Positions 33,030-45,161 of a stretch of 64,000 nucleotides of DNA are shown piece after piece. This DNA comes from an uncultured Lentisphaerales bacterium (lineage in GTDB: Bacteria; Verrucomicrobiota; Lentisphaeria; JABSQK01; UBA12247). The position numbers and the translations under genes are program-made. Under the pieces are notes generated by a model, which was given only the letters and a program-made list of their open reading frames with translations, did not search any database and had not been told where the DNA came from. Numbering within the stretch: position 1 is the stretch's first letter; each line of letters starts with the position of its first letter. The stretch covers positions 1 to 64,000 of the forward strand of contig CALSSJ010000036.1 of NCBI GenBank assembly GCA_943788985.1, read 5' to 3'.

Positions 33030-33519
33030 CGGAGCATCGCAGCCTCTCTGCTCTGTGCCCACCATTGCTTTGACACTCCATGCTTGGTCTTCGTGCGGCC
33101 CTTGTGTTGCGAGCTCAATTATGTTACCAACTTATCCGGCGTAGGCAAAAAGTCCTACGATTGGCAACACAACGCCTATCGTATCGTGCGGTCGAGAATG
33201 CCGAGCCCCTCGGGTTTTCCTCACTGCAGAATAAACGCCTGAGCGCCTTCGCTGACTTGGTCAAAATGAAGCCTTTCTCGTGCCGTTCGTAGTGAGCCAG
33301 AGGAGTGGCGTTTCGGCTCGGTAGAATGCCGCTGCCTGCGGCCGTCTGCATTCCATGTTGCTGTCGTCCATGTTTCTGCCAGATTCGTTGAGCGTGCCCC
33401 CGGAGTGACCGACTGGACCGGAAGCGCAGTCTCGCGAACTCTGGTGCGCACTCAGGTTGACGGATCGGCTATTTGCTGGCACCTTTCGCAGGTCGCCCTC
33501 CCTCCCGCTGGATTCTCGC

Positions 33520-34236
33520 ATGCTCAAACGCTTTCTCCTTCCTCTGCTTCTCGGTCTCGCCCTTACTGGCTGCCAAACTCTTGATCCCGCGGTGCTCGGC
33601 GAACTCCTGCCAGCTCTCACCGGGCGAGGCGAGTTATCTGGTGCCACCATCGCAGCTGGCCTCGCCGATGCGCTGGAAGTAGGGACGCGCCAAGCTGTGG
33701 CGCAGACTTCCCGCGACGGCGGCTTCGGCCAGAACCCAGCGATTCGCATTCCCCTGCCGAGCAAGTTGCAGGGCATGGCTGATGGGCTTCGCAAAATCGG
33801 GTTCGGAGCCAGTGTCGATCGTTTCGAGAATCAGATGAATCTAGCGGCAGAGCAAGCAGCAGGGCAGGCAGCGCCACTCTTTATCGACGCCATCAAGCAG
33901 ATGAGCATTGCCGATGCCCAAGGCATCCTGAGCGGCGGCGAGCACGCCGCCACAGCCTATTTCCGCAAGGTCTGTGAACCGAAGTTGCAGGCGCGCTTTC
34001 GCCCGGTTGCGGCGCGGCACATGCAGGAACTCGGCGTCGTGACCCTGTATGGCGACCTGCTGAAGAAGTACAAGCGCATCCCCTTTGCTCCGCAGCCAAC
34101 CGTGTCAATCGAGGAGTACGTGGCAAATGCCGGCGTCGACGGCCTCTTCCATGTCCTGGCCCAAGAAGAAGCCAAGATTCGGCGCGACCCCGCTGCCCGC
34201 ACCACCGAGTTGCTCCGCCGCGTCTTCGGCCAGTAG
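33520..34236 (+). CDS. DUF4197 family lipoprotein
   Basis: Lipobox LALTGC; AGLADALEVG, MNLAAEQA, AATAYF, EEAKIRRDPAARTTELLRRVFG. Confidence 0.88.
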   Translation: MLKRFLLPLLLGLALTGCQTLDPAVLGELLPALTGRGELSGATIAAGLADALEVGTRQAVAQTSRDGGFGQNPAIRIPLPSKLQGMADGLRKIGFGASVDRFENQMNLAAEQAAGQAAPLFIDAIKQMSIADAQGILSGGEHAATAYFRKVCEPKLQARFRPVAARHMQELGVVTLYGDLLKKYKRIPFAPQPTVSIEEYVANAGVDGLFHVLAQEEAKIRRDPAARTTELLRRVFGQ

Positions 34237-34344
34237 GCAAGCTGCTCAGACGAAAGCCGCGCCTCAAGCGCGTAAGCCAACGACGCCAATCGCGAGTCAC
34301 AAAGCATCAAACAGCTCGCAAACGTGGGCCCCATACAGCCCCAT

Positions 34345-35645
34345 ATAATTCAGAAACCTTTCCTCCCCACTATTTTACTTTTTCTAGGCTATGGCTTCTG
34401 GGTCAGTCCGGACTTCAAGGAGATCGCTTCAGGGCTGGCGGTTTTCCTATTCGGCATGTACTTCCTGGAAGAGGGGGTTTCGCGGATTCACCGGTGGCAC
34501 GCTGGAAGCCATCCTGCGGCACAGCACCGACCGTACCTCGAGGAGTCTTTCGTTCGGCGTGGTCACCACCACCATCATGCAATCCAGCTCGCTGGTATCG
34601 GTCATCACGATTTCCTTTCTGAGTGCAGGGCTCATCGACTTGGCCGGGGGCTTAGGAATTATTTTTGGTGCGAACCTCGGCACGACAACCGGTGCCTGGC
34701 TGGTGGCGGGCTTGGACCTGAAAGTAAAACTCTCTGCCTATGCGATGCCCGTGCTGGTCTTTGGCTGTGTGTTGTATTTCCAAAAGAAAAACACGCTCCG
34801 GAGTCTTGGGTTTATCCTGGCAGGCTTGGGCTTCCTTCTTCTGTGCATTCATTTCATGAAGGAAGGCTTCGAGGCGTTTAAGGACAATATCGATCTCGTC
34901 AAGTATGCGATGCCGGGGTACAAGGGCCTGTTTATCTTTGCGGGAATTGGCGCGGTGGCCACGGTCATCATGCAGTCAAGCCACGCTGCGCTGGTGATCA
35001 TCATTACTGCATTGGCCGCGAAGCAGATCACCTATGAAAATTCGCTCGCCTTGGCCATTGGTGCGAACGTAGGCACAACTATTACCGCGATCGTCGGGGC
35101 GATGAGTGCCAGTATTGATGGGAAACGATTGGCCGGTGGCCACCTGGTGTTCAATATGACCACTGGAGCAATCGCCATCGCGACCATGCCATACCTGGCC
35201 AAGGCGGTCGATCGCATCAGCGCCGCCTGCGGCATTGCGGCAGACGACTACACCCTGAAGCTGGCGGTGTTTCATACGCTCTTTAATTCCAACGGCGTGA
35301 TTGTCATCGTGCCGCTAATCGGGGTTCTCGTACGAACGCTTTGCCGGGTGATCCAGGAGAAAGAAAAGCCTTCCACCGCACCGCGCTATCTAAACGACTC
35401 GGTCATTGAATTTCCGGGTACGCTGTTGAGCGCCGTGCAGAAAGAGCTCTTTCATCCGTACGACAATGCGTCTGAGGTCTTAGCCCATGGCATCAGCTTA
35501 AGCCGGACGGACCTGCTATCGGAAAAGAATTGGACCAGATCGTCAGGGAAAGTCGTCAGGTCATGCACATTGATATTGACGAACACTATTCACTGAACGT
35601 GAAGAGCCTGTACGCAGCGATTGTTGAATTTAACTCCCATGCCCA
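34345..35645 (+). pseudogene. Na/Pi cotransporter family protein; start apparently ATA, frameshifted, C-terminal PhoU-like part truncated
   Basis: Two repeats MQSSSLVS...GANLGTTTGA and MQSSHA...GANVGTTITA. Homology appears to stop after LYAAIVEF. Confidence 0.8.
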
Positions 35646-35787
35646 GTGGTCCCGAACACGAAAGCACCATCCTAGGCGACATCTTGTTCAATTCCCCTCG
35701 ACAGATATCGGCTTGGTCCTCATAGTAGGGATCGATCGGCCGCATCGTCGATCCCGCGGTCTAATCCACACAATTTCCGAGCGCAAC

Positions 35788-36901
35788 ATGCCAAAACGAA
35801 AAGCGGCCCCAAAGCCTACTAAATCCTTCGAGGAAACCCTCTGGGACACCGCCAACAAGCTCCGTGGCTCCGTCGAGTCCTCGGAATACAAGCACGTCGT
35901 CCTCTCGCTGATCTTCCTCAAGTTCGTCTCCGACAAGTTCGAGGAGCGCCGGGCCGAGCTGATGGCCGAGGGCAAGGAGGACTACCTCGACATGGTCGAG
36001 TTCTACACCATGCAGAATGTCTTCTACCTGCCGGAGACCTCCCGCTGGTCCTACATCCAGCAGCATGCCAAGCAGGGCGACATCGCCATCAAGATCGACT
36101 CCGCCCTCACCGACGTCGAGAAGAGCAATGCCTCGCTCAAGGGCGCCTTGCCCGACAACTACTTCTCCCGCCTCGGGCTCGATGGCAGCAAGCTCTCCGC
36201 CCTCATCGATGCCATCAACAACATCGACACCGTCGAGGACAAGGAAGAGGACACCGTCGGCCGGGTCTATGAATACTTCCTCGGCAAATTCGCCGCCTCC
36301 GAGGGCAAGCTCGGGGGCGAGTTCTACACCCCGAAGTGCGTCGTCAATCTCATCGCCGAAATGATCGAGCCCTACAAAGGCAAGATCTACGACCCCTGCT
36401 GCGGCTCCGGCGGCATGTTCGTCCAGTCGCATCAAGTTTGTCGAAAGCCACCACGGCAGCAAGAAGGACATCTCCGTCTACGGGCAGGAGTTCACCGCCA
36501 CCACCTACAAGCTGGCCAAGATGAACCTCGCCGTGCGCGGGCTCTCCGCCAACCTCGGCGAAGTCCCCGCCGATACCTTCTTCAAGGATCAACACCCCGA
36601 CCTCAAGGCCGACTACATCATGGCCAATCCCCCCTTCAACCTGAAGGACTGGCGCGGCCCCGACGAACTCGTCCACGACGGACGCTGGAACGGCTACGAC
36701 ACCCCGCCCACCGGCAATGCCAACTACGCCTGGATTCTCCACATGGTGAGCAAACTCTCCGAAAACGGCGTCGCCGGCTTCGTCCTCGCCAACGGCTCCA
36801 TGTCCACCAACACCAAGGGCGAAGGCGAGATCCGCCAAAAGCTCGTCGAGAACGACCTCGTCGACTGCAACGAAAACCAAGCCTACCCACTCGCCGCATG
36901 A
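35788..36901 (+). pseudogene. hsdM: Type I R-M methyltransferase HsdM (outer system), C-terminus missing after about 36868
   Basis: [48 protein letters not shown]. Ends at LVDC plus an unrelated 10-aa tail. Confidence 0.88.
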
Positions 36902-37022
36902 AGAAAAAACACTGCAAGCGCGACATTCGACAAAGCTCAGCCGAAGACGCTTAGATCAACGAACGTATTGCTCCGGCACCCACACTTCCCCAAATTCACA
37001 CTAATTTCTGAATCACCCAAAA

Positions 37023-38597
37023 ATGACCAGCACCCAACAATTTGACGAACTTAAACGCCGCATCTGGCAGATTGCCAATGACGTTCGCGGAACCGTGGAC
37101 GGATGGGACTTCAAGCAATACGTGCTTGGCGCGCTCTTCTACCGCTTCATCAGCGAGAATTTCGCCAGCTACATCGAAGGCGGCGACGACAGCATCGACT
37201 ACGCCAAGCTGGATGACTCCGTGATCACGGATGAGATCAAGGACGATGCCATCAAGACCAAGGGCTACTTCATCTACCCCAGCCAGCTCTTTGCCAACGT
37301 CGTCGCCAAGGCGAATGACAACGAAGACCTCAATACCGATCTGAAGGCGATCTTCACCGCGATTGAAAGCTCGGCCATGGGTTACGACTCAGAGGAGGAC
37401 ATCAAAGGCCTCTTCGATGACTTCGACACCACGAGCAATCGCTTGGGCAAAACCGTCAAGGACAAGAACACTCGACTCGCTGCCGTGCTGAAGGGAGTGA
37501 ATGAACTTGATTTCGGAGACTTTGAGGACAACGAGATCGACCTCTTCGGCGATGCCTACGAATACCTGATCGGCAACTACGCGGCCAATGCCGGAAAGTC
37601 GGGCGGCGAGTTCTTCACTCCCCAGCATGTCTCCAAGCTGATCGCCCAGCTCGCGATCCATGGGCAGACGAGCGTGAATAAGATCTACGACCCCCGCCGC
37701 AGGTTCTGGCTCACTTCTGCTGCAGGCGAAGAAGCAGGCGAAAAAGCTCACTGGAAATGACTACTTCATTGAGGACGGCTTCTTTGGTCAGGAGATCAAC
37801 CACACGACCTTCAACTTGGCTCGCATGAACATGTTCCTGCACAATGTGAACTACGATAAGTTCAACATGCAGCTGGGCAACACCCTGACCGAACCCCACT
37901 TTCGTGAGGACAAGCCCTTCGACGCCATCGTCTCCAATCCTCCCTACTCGGTGAAGTGGGTGGGCAGCGATGACCCGACCCTCATCAACGACGACCGCTT
38001 CGCCCCCGCAAGTGTGCTGGCTCCGAAGTCGAAGGCGGACTTCGCCTTTGTCCTGCATGCGCTGAACTACCTCTCCAGCAAGGGACGCGCCGCCATCGTC
38101 TGCTTCCCCCGGCATCTTCTACCGTGGCGGAGCCGAGCAGAAAATCCGCCAATACCTCGTGGAGAACAACTACGTGGAAACTGTCATCTCCCTCGCGCCC
38201 AATCTCTTCTACGGCACCACCATTGCCGTGACCATCCTCGTGCTCTCGAAGAGCAAGACGGACACGAAAAGTGCAGTTCATCGATGCCTCTGGTGAGGAT
38301 TTCTTCAAAAAAGGCACCAACAACAACCTGCTCACCGATGCCCACGTCGCCGAGATCATGCAGCTCTTCGACCGCAAGGAAGACGTCGATCACGTCGCCA
38401 AGTCGGTGCGCATGGAGAAGGTGGCGGAGAACGACTACAACCTCTCCGTCAGCTCCTACGTCGAGGCCAAGGACACCCGCGAGGTCGTCAACATCACCGA
38501 GCTGAATGCAGAAATCGAAACCACGGTGAGCAAGATCGACGGGCTCCGTAAGGACATCGACGCCATTGTGGCAGAAATCGAAGGGAGCGAGGCATGA
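37023..38597 (+). CDS. hsdM: Type I R-M methyltransferase HsdM (inner, EcoR124I/type IC-like), frameshifted
   Basis: [59 protein letters not shown]. Confidence 0.92.
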
Positions 38598-38996
38598 GCG
38601 GGAGGACCTTTCTGGAGAAGCTGCTCGATGGAGCGGAGGTGGAATGGGTGCCGTTTGTCGCAAGGCGAGAACAAGTTAACAGAGCTGAAACGTGGTAGAG
38701 TAATGTCCAAAGGATACTTGGTCGAGAATTCAGGCGACTATCCAGTATATAGCTCACAAACAGCAAAGAACGGGCAGATTGGCAAAATCAACACCTTCGA
38801 TTTTGACGGTGAATCAATTACTTGGACGACTGATGGTGCGAACGCTGGGACTGTTTTTCATCGAACAGGCAAATTTTCAATCACCAACGTGTGTGGGATT
38901 ATTAGAATCTGTGACACGGGTAGGTTGAACTACCGCTACTTATATCACTATCTGTCGTTCAATACCCAAAAGTGGCCAATGTCGGTGCATAGCTAA
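38594..38996 (+). pseudogene. hsdS: Type I R-M specificity subunit HsdS, only first TRD legible
   Basis: FLEKLLDGAEVEWVPL conserved start; RGRVMSK, YPVYSSQT, ITWTTDGANAGTVF, TNVCG. AT-richer; sequence then degrades. Confidence 0.8.
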
Positions 38997-38999
38997 TAC

Positions 39000-41663
39000 G
39001 TGGTTCTGAGGATGGCCGTTTGTGGAATATCTGATACCACGAACACGGAAAACCCGCAAGATCAGAACTAATCAGACTTCGTCTTGATGAGGCCATAAAC
39101 ATTACTGCTGATAAAAAACTGCTGCAACAAATGCAGGTATCAACAGTTTGAGCACGGAGCCAGCCAACCGCTAGATGTACCATTCTGTGAAGGTGCCCTG
39201 GTGCAGTGAGCTGAAAACGGGGTCGCATCGGAAGCCTTTAACCAGTCACGTACAGCAAGAAGTTTAACGGAGATCGCTCTAAATATTCAGTTTGTATCTC
39301 AAGGCACGATAGCCGTATTTGCAAACAGCGAACAAAACAGCTTCGACTTCAATGAACTGGGCGAAGGCGAAACGCTGATAGACTAAGACTTACGCACTTT
39401 TTCCAAAAATACCTCTGAAGTCTCTGATATTCGTTTTGATGTGAGACACTTCTGTGATGCGCCCCTACCAGATGCGCCACCGAGCGATCTTGGAAGTAAG
39501 CCATAGGCAAAATGGAGCAACGAAAGGGGGTTATCTGGCAACCACGGTCGGAAACTACCAGCTTTAAAGCCGCCGGCACGACTGGAGTTTGTCGAAAGGT
39601 TTTTTGTGTGGATGAAAAGACCTCGATACCAACGATGAAGAATACCAACGCTTTCCCCGATAGCGTGAATGGTCGACAGACGCGGTAAGCGAATGAAAGA
39701 CGATAAAAATCATCGTCACCACATCAGAAGCTAACAACCTGATGGAGCGATCTCCCATCTACAAAGCAGTGGTTTATTTGATGAATGCCACCGCAGCCAA
39801 TTCGGTGAGGCGCAGAAAAACCTGCAAAAGAAGTTCAAGCGGTATTACCAATTTGGATTCACGGGCACGCCGATCTTCCCTGAGAATGCTTTAGGCGCTG
39901 AAACAACAGGCAGCGTCTTCGGGCGGGAGCTGCATTCCTACGTCATCACCGATGCGATCCGGGACGAGAAGGTGCTGAAGTTCAAGGTGGACTACAATGA
40001 TGTGCGTCCTCAGTTCCAAGCCATCGAGACCGAGCAGGACGAAAAGAAGCTCACCGCCGCAGAGAACAAACAGGCCTTGCTCCACCCTGAGCGGATTCGT
40101 GAAATAACGAGCTACATTCTCAAGAATTTCCCCTTGAAAACGCATCGTGCCCACATGGGCGCGAAGGGCTTCAACGCCATGTTTGCGGTCAGCAGTGTCG
40201 ATGCTGCCAAGGCGTATTACGAAGCCTTCCGCGAGCTGCAAGCTGGTGTGGAGGACAAGAAACGCCTCAACGTGGCGACCATTTTCTCCTTTGCCGCCAA
40301 TGAAGAGCAGGACGCTGTCGGCGATATTGCCGACGAGAGCTTCGAGGTGTCGGCGATGAATAGCAGCGCGAAGGAATTTCTCAGCGCCGCCATTGGCGAC
40401 TACAATGCGGCCTTCGGATCGAATTACGGAGTCGATAGCAAGGGCTTCCAAAACTACTACCGCGATTTGGCTCAACGGGTAAAGAAGCAGGAAGTGGACT
40501 TGCTGATTGTGGTGGGAATGTTCCTGACGGGCTTCGATGCTCCGAGTCTCAACACGCTCTTTGTCGATAAGAACCTGCGTTACCACGGACTGTTGCAGGC
40601 GTATTCACGCACCAATCGAATTTACGATGCGACCAAGACCTTCGGCAACATCGTGACCTTCCGGGATCTTGAGAAAAGCACCATCGATGCAATCACGCTC
40701 TTCGGCAATGCCAACACCAAGAACGTTGTTCTGGAGAAGAGCTACAAGGAATACATGGAAGGCTTTACCGACATCGCCACTGGACGAGCCTGTCGCGGTT
40801 ATGTGGAAGTCGTCAAAGAGCTGCACGAACGATTCTCTGACCCAAGTGCGATCGAGAAAGAGCAGGACAAAAAGGATTTTGCAAAGCTGTTCGGAGAATA
40901 CCTGCGGGTAGAGAATGTGCTGAGGAATTACGATGAATTCACCGGACTTCAAGCGCTCCAAGAAGTGGATCTGGACGATGCGGAAGCGGTCGAAGAATTT
41001 AAAACGAAGCATTATCTGAACGACGATGATATTGAGGCGATGCAGAAGATCGAAGTGCCAGCTGATCGACTGGTGCAAGACTATCGTTCGACCTACAATG
41101 ACACCCGCGATTGGTTGAGGCGTCAGAAAGAAGGCGGTGAGAAGGAAGAGTCCACCGTGGATTGGGACGATGTCGTGTTTGAGGTGGATTTGCTGAAATC
41201 TCAAGAGATCAACTTGGATTACATTCTGGAGCTAATTTTTGAGCACAACAAGAAGACCAAGAACAAGGGTGATCTCATTGACGAAGTGAGACGAGTGATC
41301 CGAGCGAGCATCGGCAACCGTGCCAAAGAAAGCCTGATTGTTGATTTCATCAATCAAACCAATCTGGACGACATCGGGGACAAGGCCAACGTCATCGATG
41401 CCTTCTTCACTTTCGCGCAAGCGGAACAAAAGCGCGAAGCCGAGGAGCTGATCCAGACCGAGGCGTTGAACCAGGAGGAGGCACGACGCTACATCAAGGC
41501 GTCCTTAAAACGCGAATACGCAACTGAGAATGGCACGGCCCTCAATGCTACACTGCCGAAAATGAGCCCGCTTAACCCCCAATACAAAACGAAGAAGCAG
41601 ACAGTCTTCCAGAAGATCTCCGCCTTCGTTGAGAAATTCAAGGGGGTTGGGGGGCAGATCTAA
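39000..41663 (+). CDS. hsdR: Type I restriction endonuclease HsdR (inner, EcoR124I-like); 5' part garbled, 3' part intact
   Basis: [55 protein letters not shown]-terminal [10 protein letters not shown]. Start coordinate approximate. Confidence 0.88.
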
Positions 41664-41736
41664 CAGGGTTGTGTCCTTTTAACGCCTGCCTGCCATCATG
41701 AAGGCCCTCGTTTTTTCTCCCTCCACCGCTCCTCGC

Positions 41737-43061
41737 AAGGACGACGAGAAGGCGCTCTACGACCTGCTCGGCAACAAGGACGAGCGCAAGAAGTTCGACA
41801 CCCAGTTCAAGAAGGCCGAATCCAATTTCAAAATCGCCATCGTGGTGGACATGTGGCTGACGGGCTTTGACGTGCCCTTCCTCGACACCATCTACATCGA
41901 CAAGCCGGTCCAGCGTCACAACCTGATCCAGACCATCTCCCGGGTGAACCGGAAGTTTGAGAACAAGAAGAAGGGCCTCGTCGTCGACTACATCGGCATC
42001 AAGAAGCAGATGAACCTCGCGCTGGCGCACTACTCCAAGGCGGACAGCAGCAACATCGAAGAGATCGAGGCCTCCATCGTCGTGGTGCGGGATCACCTCG
42101 ACCTGCTGGGGCGGATTTTCCACCAGTTCGACACCACGCCCTACTTCAGCGGATCGCCCGTCGAGCAGCTGCACTGCCTGAACCTGGCCGCGGAGTTCGT
42201 GCAGCTCACCGAGAAGATCGAGAAGCGGGTCATGTTCCTCGTGAAGCGCCTCAAAGCCGCCTACGACATCTGCAGCGGCAGCGATGCCTTCACCCAGACG
42301 AGCGCGACCACATCCACTTCTACCTCGCCGTGCGCTCCATCGTCGCCAAGCTCACCAAAGGCGAAGCCCCCGACAGCGCCCAGATGAACGCCAAGGTGCG
42401 CGAGATGATCCTCGAGGCCCTGCAGAGCGACGGGATCGAAGAGATCTTCAAACTCGGCGAAGACGGCGCCGCCGAGATCGACATCTTCGGCGACGACTAC
42501 CTCGCCAAGACTCGAGAAGGTCAAACTCCCCAACACCAAGATCAAGCTGCTCCAGCAGCTCCTCAAACGCGCCATCGAGGACTTCCAAGAAGGTCAACAA
42601 GATCAAGGCCGTCGACTTCACCAAGCAGTTCCAGGAGCTGGTGAACAAATACAACGAGCGTGAAGAGAAGGACGTGCTGCGCAGTGAAGTGCTGGAGGGA
42701 TTCTCCGAAGAGATGATCGACCTCATCCACGCGCTGCAAAAAGAGAAAGAATCCTTCGACGAGATGGGCATCGATTTGGAAGAGAAAGTCCTTCTACGAC
42801 ATCCTCAAGACCCTCGCCCACAAATACGACTTCACCTACCCCGAGGACAAGCTGATCAAGCTCGCCAAGGCGGTGAAAACCGTGGTCGACGACAAGGCCA
42901 AATACACCGATTGGAGCGCCCGCGCCGACATCAAGGCCGAGCTCAAAGTGGACCTCATCATCCTCTTAGCCGCGAACGGGTATCCGCCTGTGGATCGGGA
43001 CGAAGTGTATAAGGAGATCTTCGAACAGGCGGAGAACTTTAAGAAGTATCAGGGGGCCTGA
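41737..43061 (+). pseudogene. hsdR: C-terminal part of a second HsdR (outer system; DUF3387-type tail), N-terminus missing
   Basis: FKIAIVVDMWLTGFDVP, LIQTISRVNR, GLVVDYIG, DWSARADIKAELKVDLIILL..GYPP...EQAENFKK. Confidence 0.85.
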
Positions 43062-43302
43062 GTCGCGCAACGGCATCCCGGTTCTGCTGATTGGGTGCAA
43101 GAAAGCCAACAAGGACGAGGCGAGTGTGCTGGGGGAGAAGATTGGCCGTTATCACCGCGAGACGCCATCCGCTTCCAGGCCTTCTCGACAAGCGGTTCGG
43201 TGGTCCAGTACTCACGGTCGAACTGGCAGTTTCGCCGCGACCCTTCACGATATGATCAAATAGCACCATACTCAATTTCTCTTGCTTACTTGGAAGGCTC
43301 CC

Positions 43303-44943
43303 ATGTCACAGCACCCGCTCGCTGGTAAACCCGCTCCCCAAGAATTACTGCCGAATATTCCCCGCCTGGTCTCGGCGTATTACACGCACGCACCCGATGT
43401 GACCGAGCCAGCGCAGCAGGTGTCGTTTGGTACCTCTGGACATCGCGGGACTTCGCTGAAAAATAGCTTCAACGAGGATCACATCCTCGCCGTGAGTCAG
43501 GCGATCTGCGAGTACCGCGCTGCCCAAGAGACAACCGGTCCGCTGTACATGGGCATGGATACGCATGCCCTCTCAGAGCCCGCGCAGGCCACCGCTCTGG
43601 AAGTGTTTGCGGCGAATGGCGTGCAGGTTGTGATCCAGGCCAACGGCGGCTATACGCCCACTCCAGTAATCTCGCATGCGATACTCGCGTACAACGCGGG
43701 TCGCACGACCGGCCGCGCTGACGGCGTGGTGATCACGCCCTCGCACAACCCGCCAGGCGACGGCGGCTTTAAGTACAATCCCTGTTCCGGCGGCCCAGCC
43801 GGAGGCGATGCCACCGGCTGGATTCAAGATCGCGCCAATAAGATTCTCAGTGATGGCAAGAAGGCAGTCAAGCAAATTTCGTATGAGCGGGCACTGAGGG
43901 CCCCGACCACCCGGCTGCACGATTTCATCACTCCCTATGTGTCCGACTTGGGCAACGTCGTCGACATGGCTGCCATTTCCCAAGCTGGCTTGCGGATCGG
44001 CGTCGACCCGATGGGCGGGGCTGGGATCCACTATTGGGAGCCGATTGCTGAGATGTACAAGCTGGATTTGAAGGTGGTGAATCCGTACGTCGATCCTACC
44101 TTTGGCTTCATGACCGTGGACAAAGACGGCAAGATTCGGATGGACTGCTCTTCGCCGGCGGCCATGGCCTCACTGATTGGTCTCAAGGACCAGTTCGACG
44201 TTGCCTTTGGCAACGACCCCGATTACGACCGCCACGGCATTGTGGCACCCTCGACGGGGCTGCTAAATCCAAACCATTACCTGGCGGTGGCCGTGTCGTA
44301 TCTGTTCCAGAATCGCTCCGGCTGGCGTGCCGATGCAGCCATTGGCAAGACCCTGGTGTCGAGTTCCATGATTGACCGCGTGGCTGCGGACTTGGGACGC
44401 ACCTTGTCAGAAGTGCCGGTCGGGTTCAAATGGTTCGTCGACGGTCTGGCCGGTGGCTCGTACGGATTTGGCGGCGAGGAAAGCGCTGGGGCAAGCTTCC
44501 TGCGCAAGGACGGGACGGTCTGGACCACCGACAAAGATGGCATCATTCTCGCTCTGCTGGCCGCAGAGATTACGGCGACGACCGAGAAAGACCCGGGTGA
44601 GCACTATCGTACGCTGGAGACAAAATTTGGCAGCCCCGTATACGAGCGCATGGATGCCCCGGCCACGCTGGAGCAGAAAGAGGTGTTGCAAGACCTCTCG
44701 CCCGAGATGGTCACGGCTACGGAGTTGGCTGGGGAGCCGATCACGGCCAAGCTTACACACGCGCCCGGCAATGGCGCTGCCATCGGTGGCCTGAAAGTCA
44801 CGACCGAGAACGGCTGGTTTGCCGCGCGCCCGTCCGGGACCGAGGCAATCTACAAGATCTACGCGGAGAGCTTCCGCGGGGCCGAGCATCTGACGCAGAT
44901 CCAAGACGAAGCGCAGACGATCGTGTCGGCAGCGTTCGGCTGA
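43303..44943 (+). CDS. pgm: Phosphoglucomutase (alpha-D-glucose-1,6-bisphosphate dependent)
   Basis: [42 protein letters not shown]; intact. Confidence 0.96.
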   Translation: MSQHPLAGKPAPQELLPNIPRLVSAYYTHAPDVTEPAQQVSFGTSGHRGTSLKNSFNEDHILAVSQAICEYRAAQETTGPLYMGMDTHALSEPAQATALEVFAANGVQVVIQANGGYTPTPVISHAILAYNAGRTTGRADGVVITPSHNPPGDGGFKYNPCSGGPAGGDATGWIQDRANKILSDGKKAVKQISYERALRAPTTRLHDFITPYVSDLGNVVDMAAISQAGLRIGVDPMGGAGIHYWEPIAEMYKLDLKVVNPYVDPTFGFMTVDKDGKIRMDCSSPAAMASLIGLKDQFDVAFGNDPDYDRHGIVAPSTGLLNPNHYLAVAVSYLFQNRSGWRADAAIGKTLVSSSMIDRVAADLGRTLSEVPVGFKWFVDGLAGGSYGFGGEESAGASFLRKDGTVWTTDKDGIILALLAAEITATTEKDPGEHYRTLETKFGSPVYERMDAPATLEQKEVLQDLSPEMVTATELAGEPITAKLTHAPGNGAAIGGLKVTTENGWFAARPSGTEAIYKIYAESFRGAEHLTQIQDEAQTIVSAAFG

Positions 44944-45161
44944 GCAGAGCCCCACGAGCAGCATCGGCAGAAATGCGAAAGCTGCGTTATCTGAGACGGT
45001 AGGAAAGGTAATAGTAGCGACAAGCGTCAAGTGGATACGGTTAAACTCTCCGCTGCTTCTCTGGACGTCTCAGGTAATGGGTAGGACGGAAAGCTAATGG
45101 CGACGATGGATCGCCTCGCAGGCGCTTGTCTCTCTTTAGGCTAAAAACAAAGGAAGACGAG

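Noticed and set aside
33030..33519. Gene or ncRNA in the 490-bp spacer
   Set aside because: No recognisable protein motif or convincing stem set found by eye.
35530..36954. Real Na/Pi transporter-HsdM fusion (474-aa ORF)
   Set aside because: Chance in-frame read-through from the truncated transporter across the spacer; HsdM has its own ATG at 35788.
36860..37022. Complete tmRNA gene
   Set aside because: Only a tag-like peptide is present; no acceptor stem, T-arm or room for pseudoknots.
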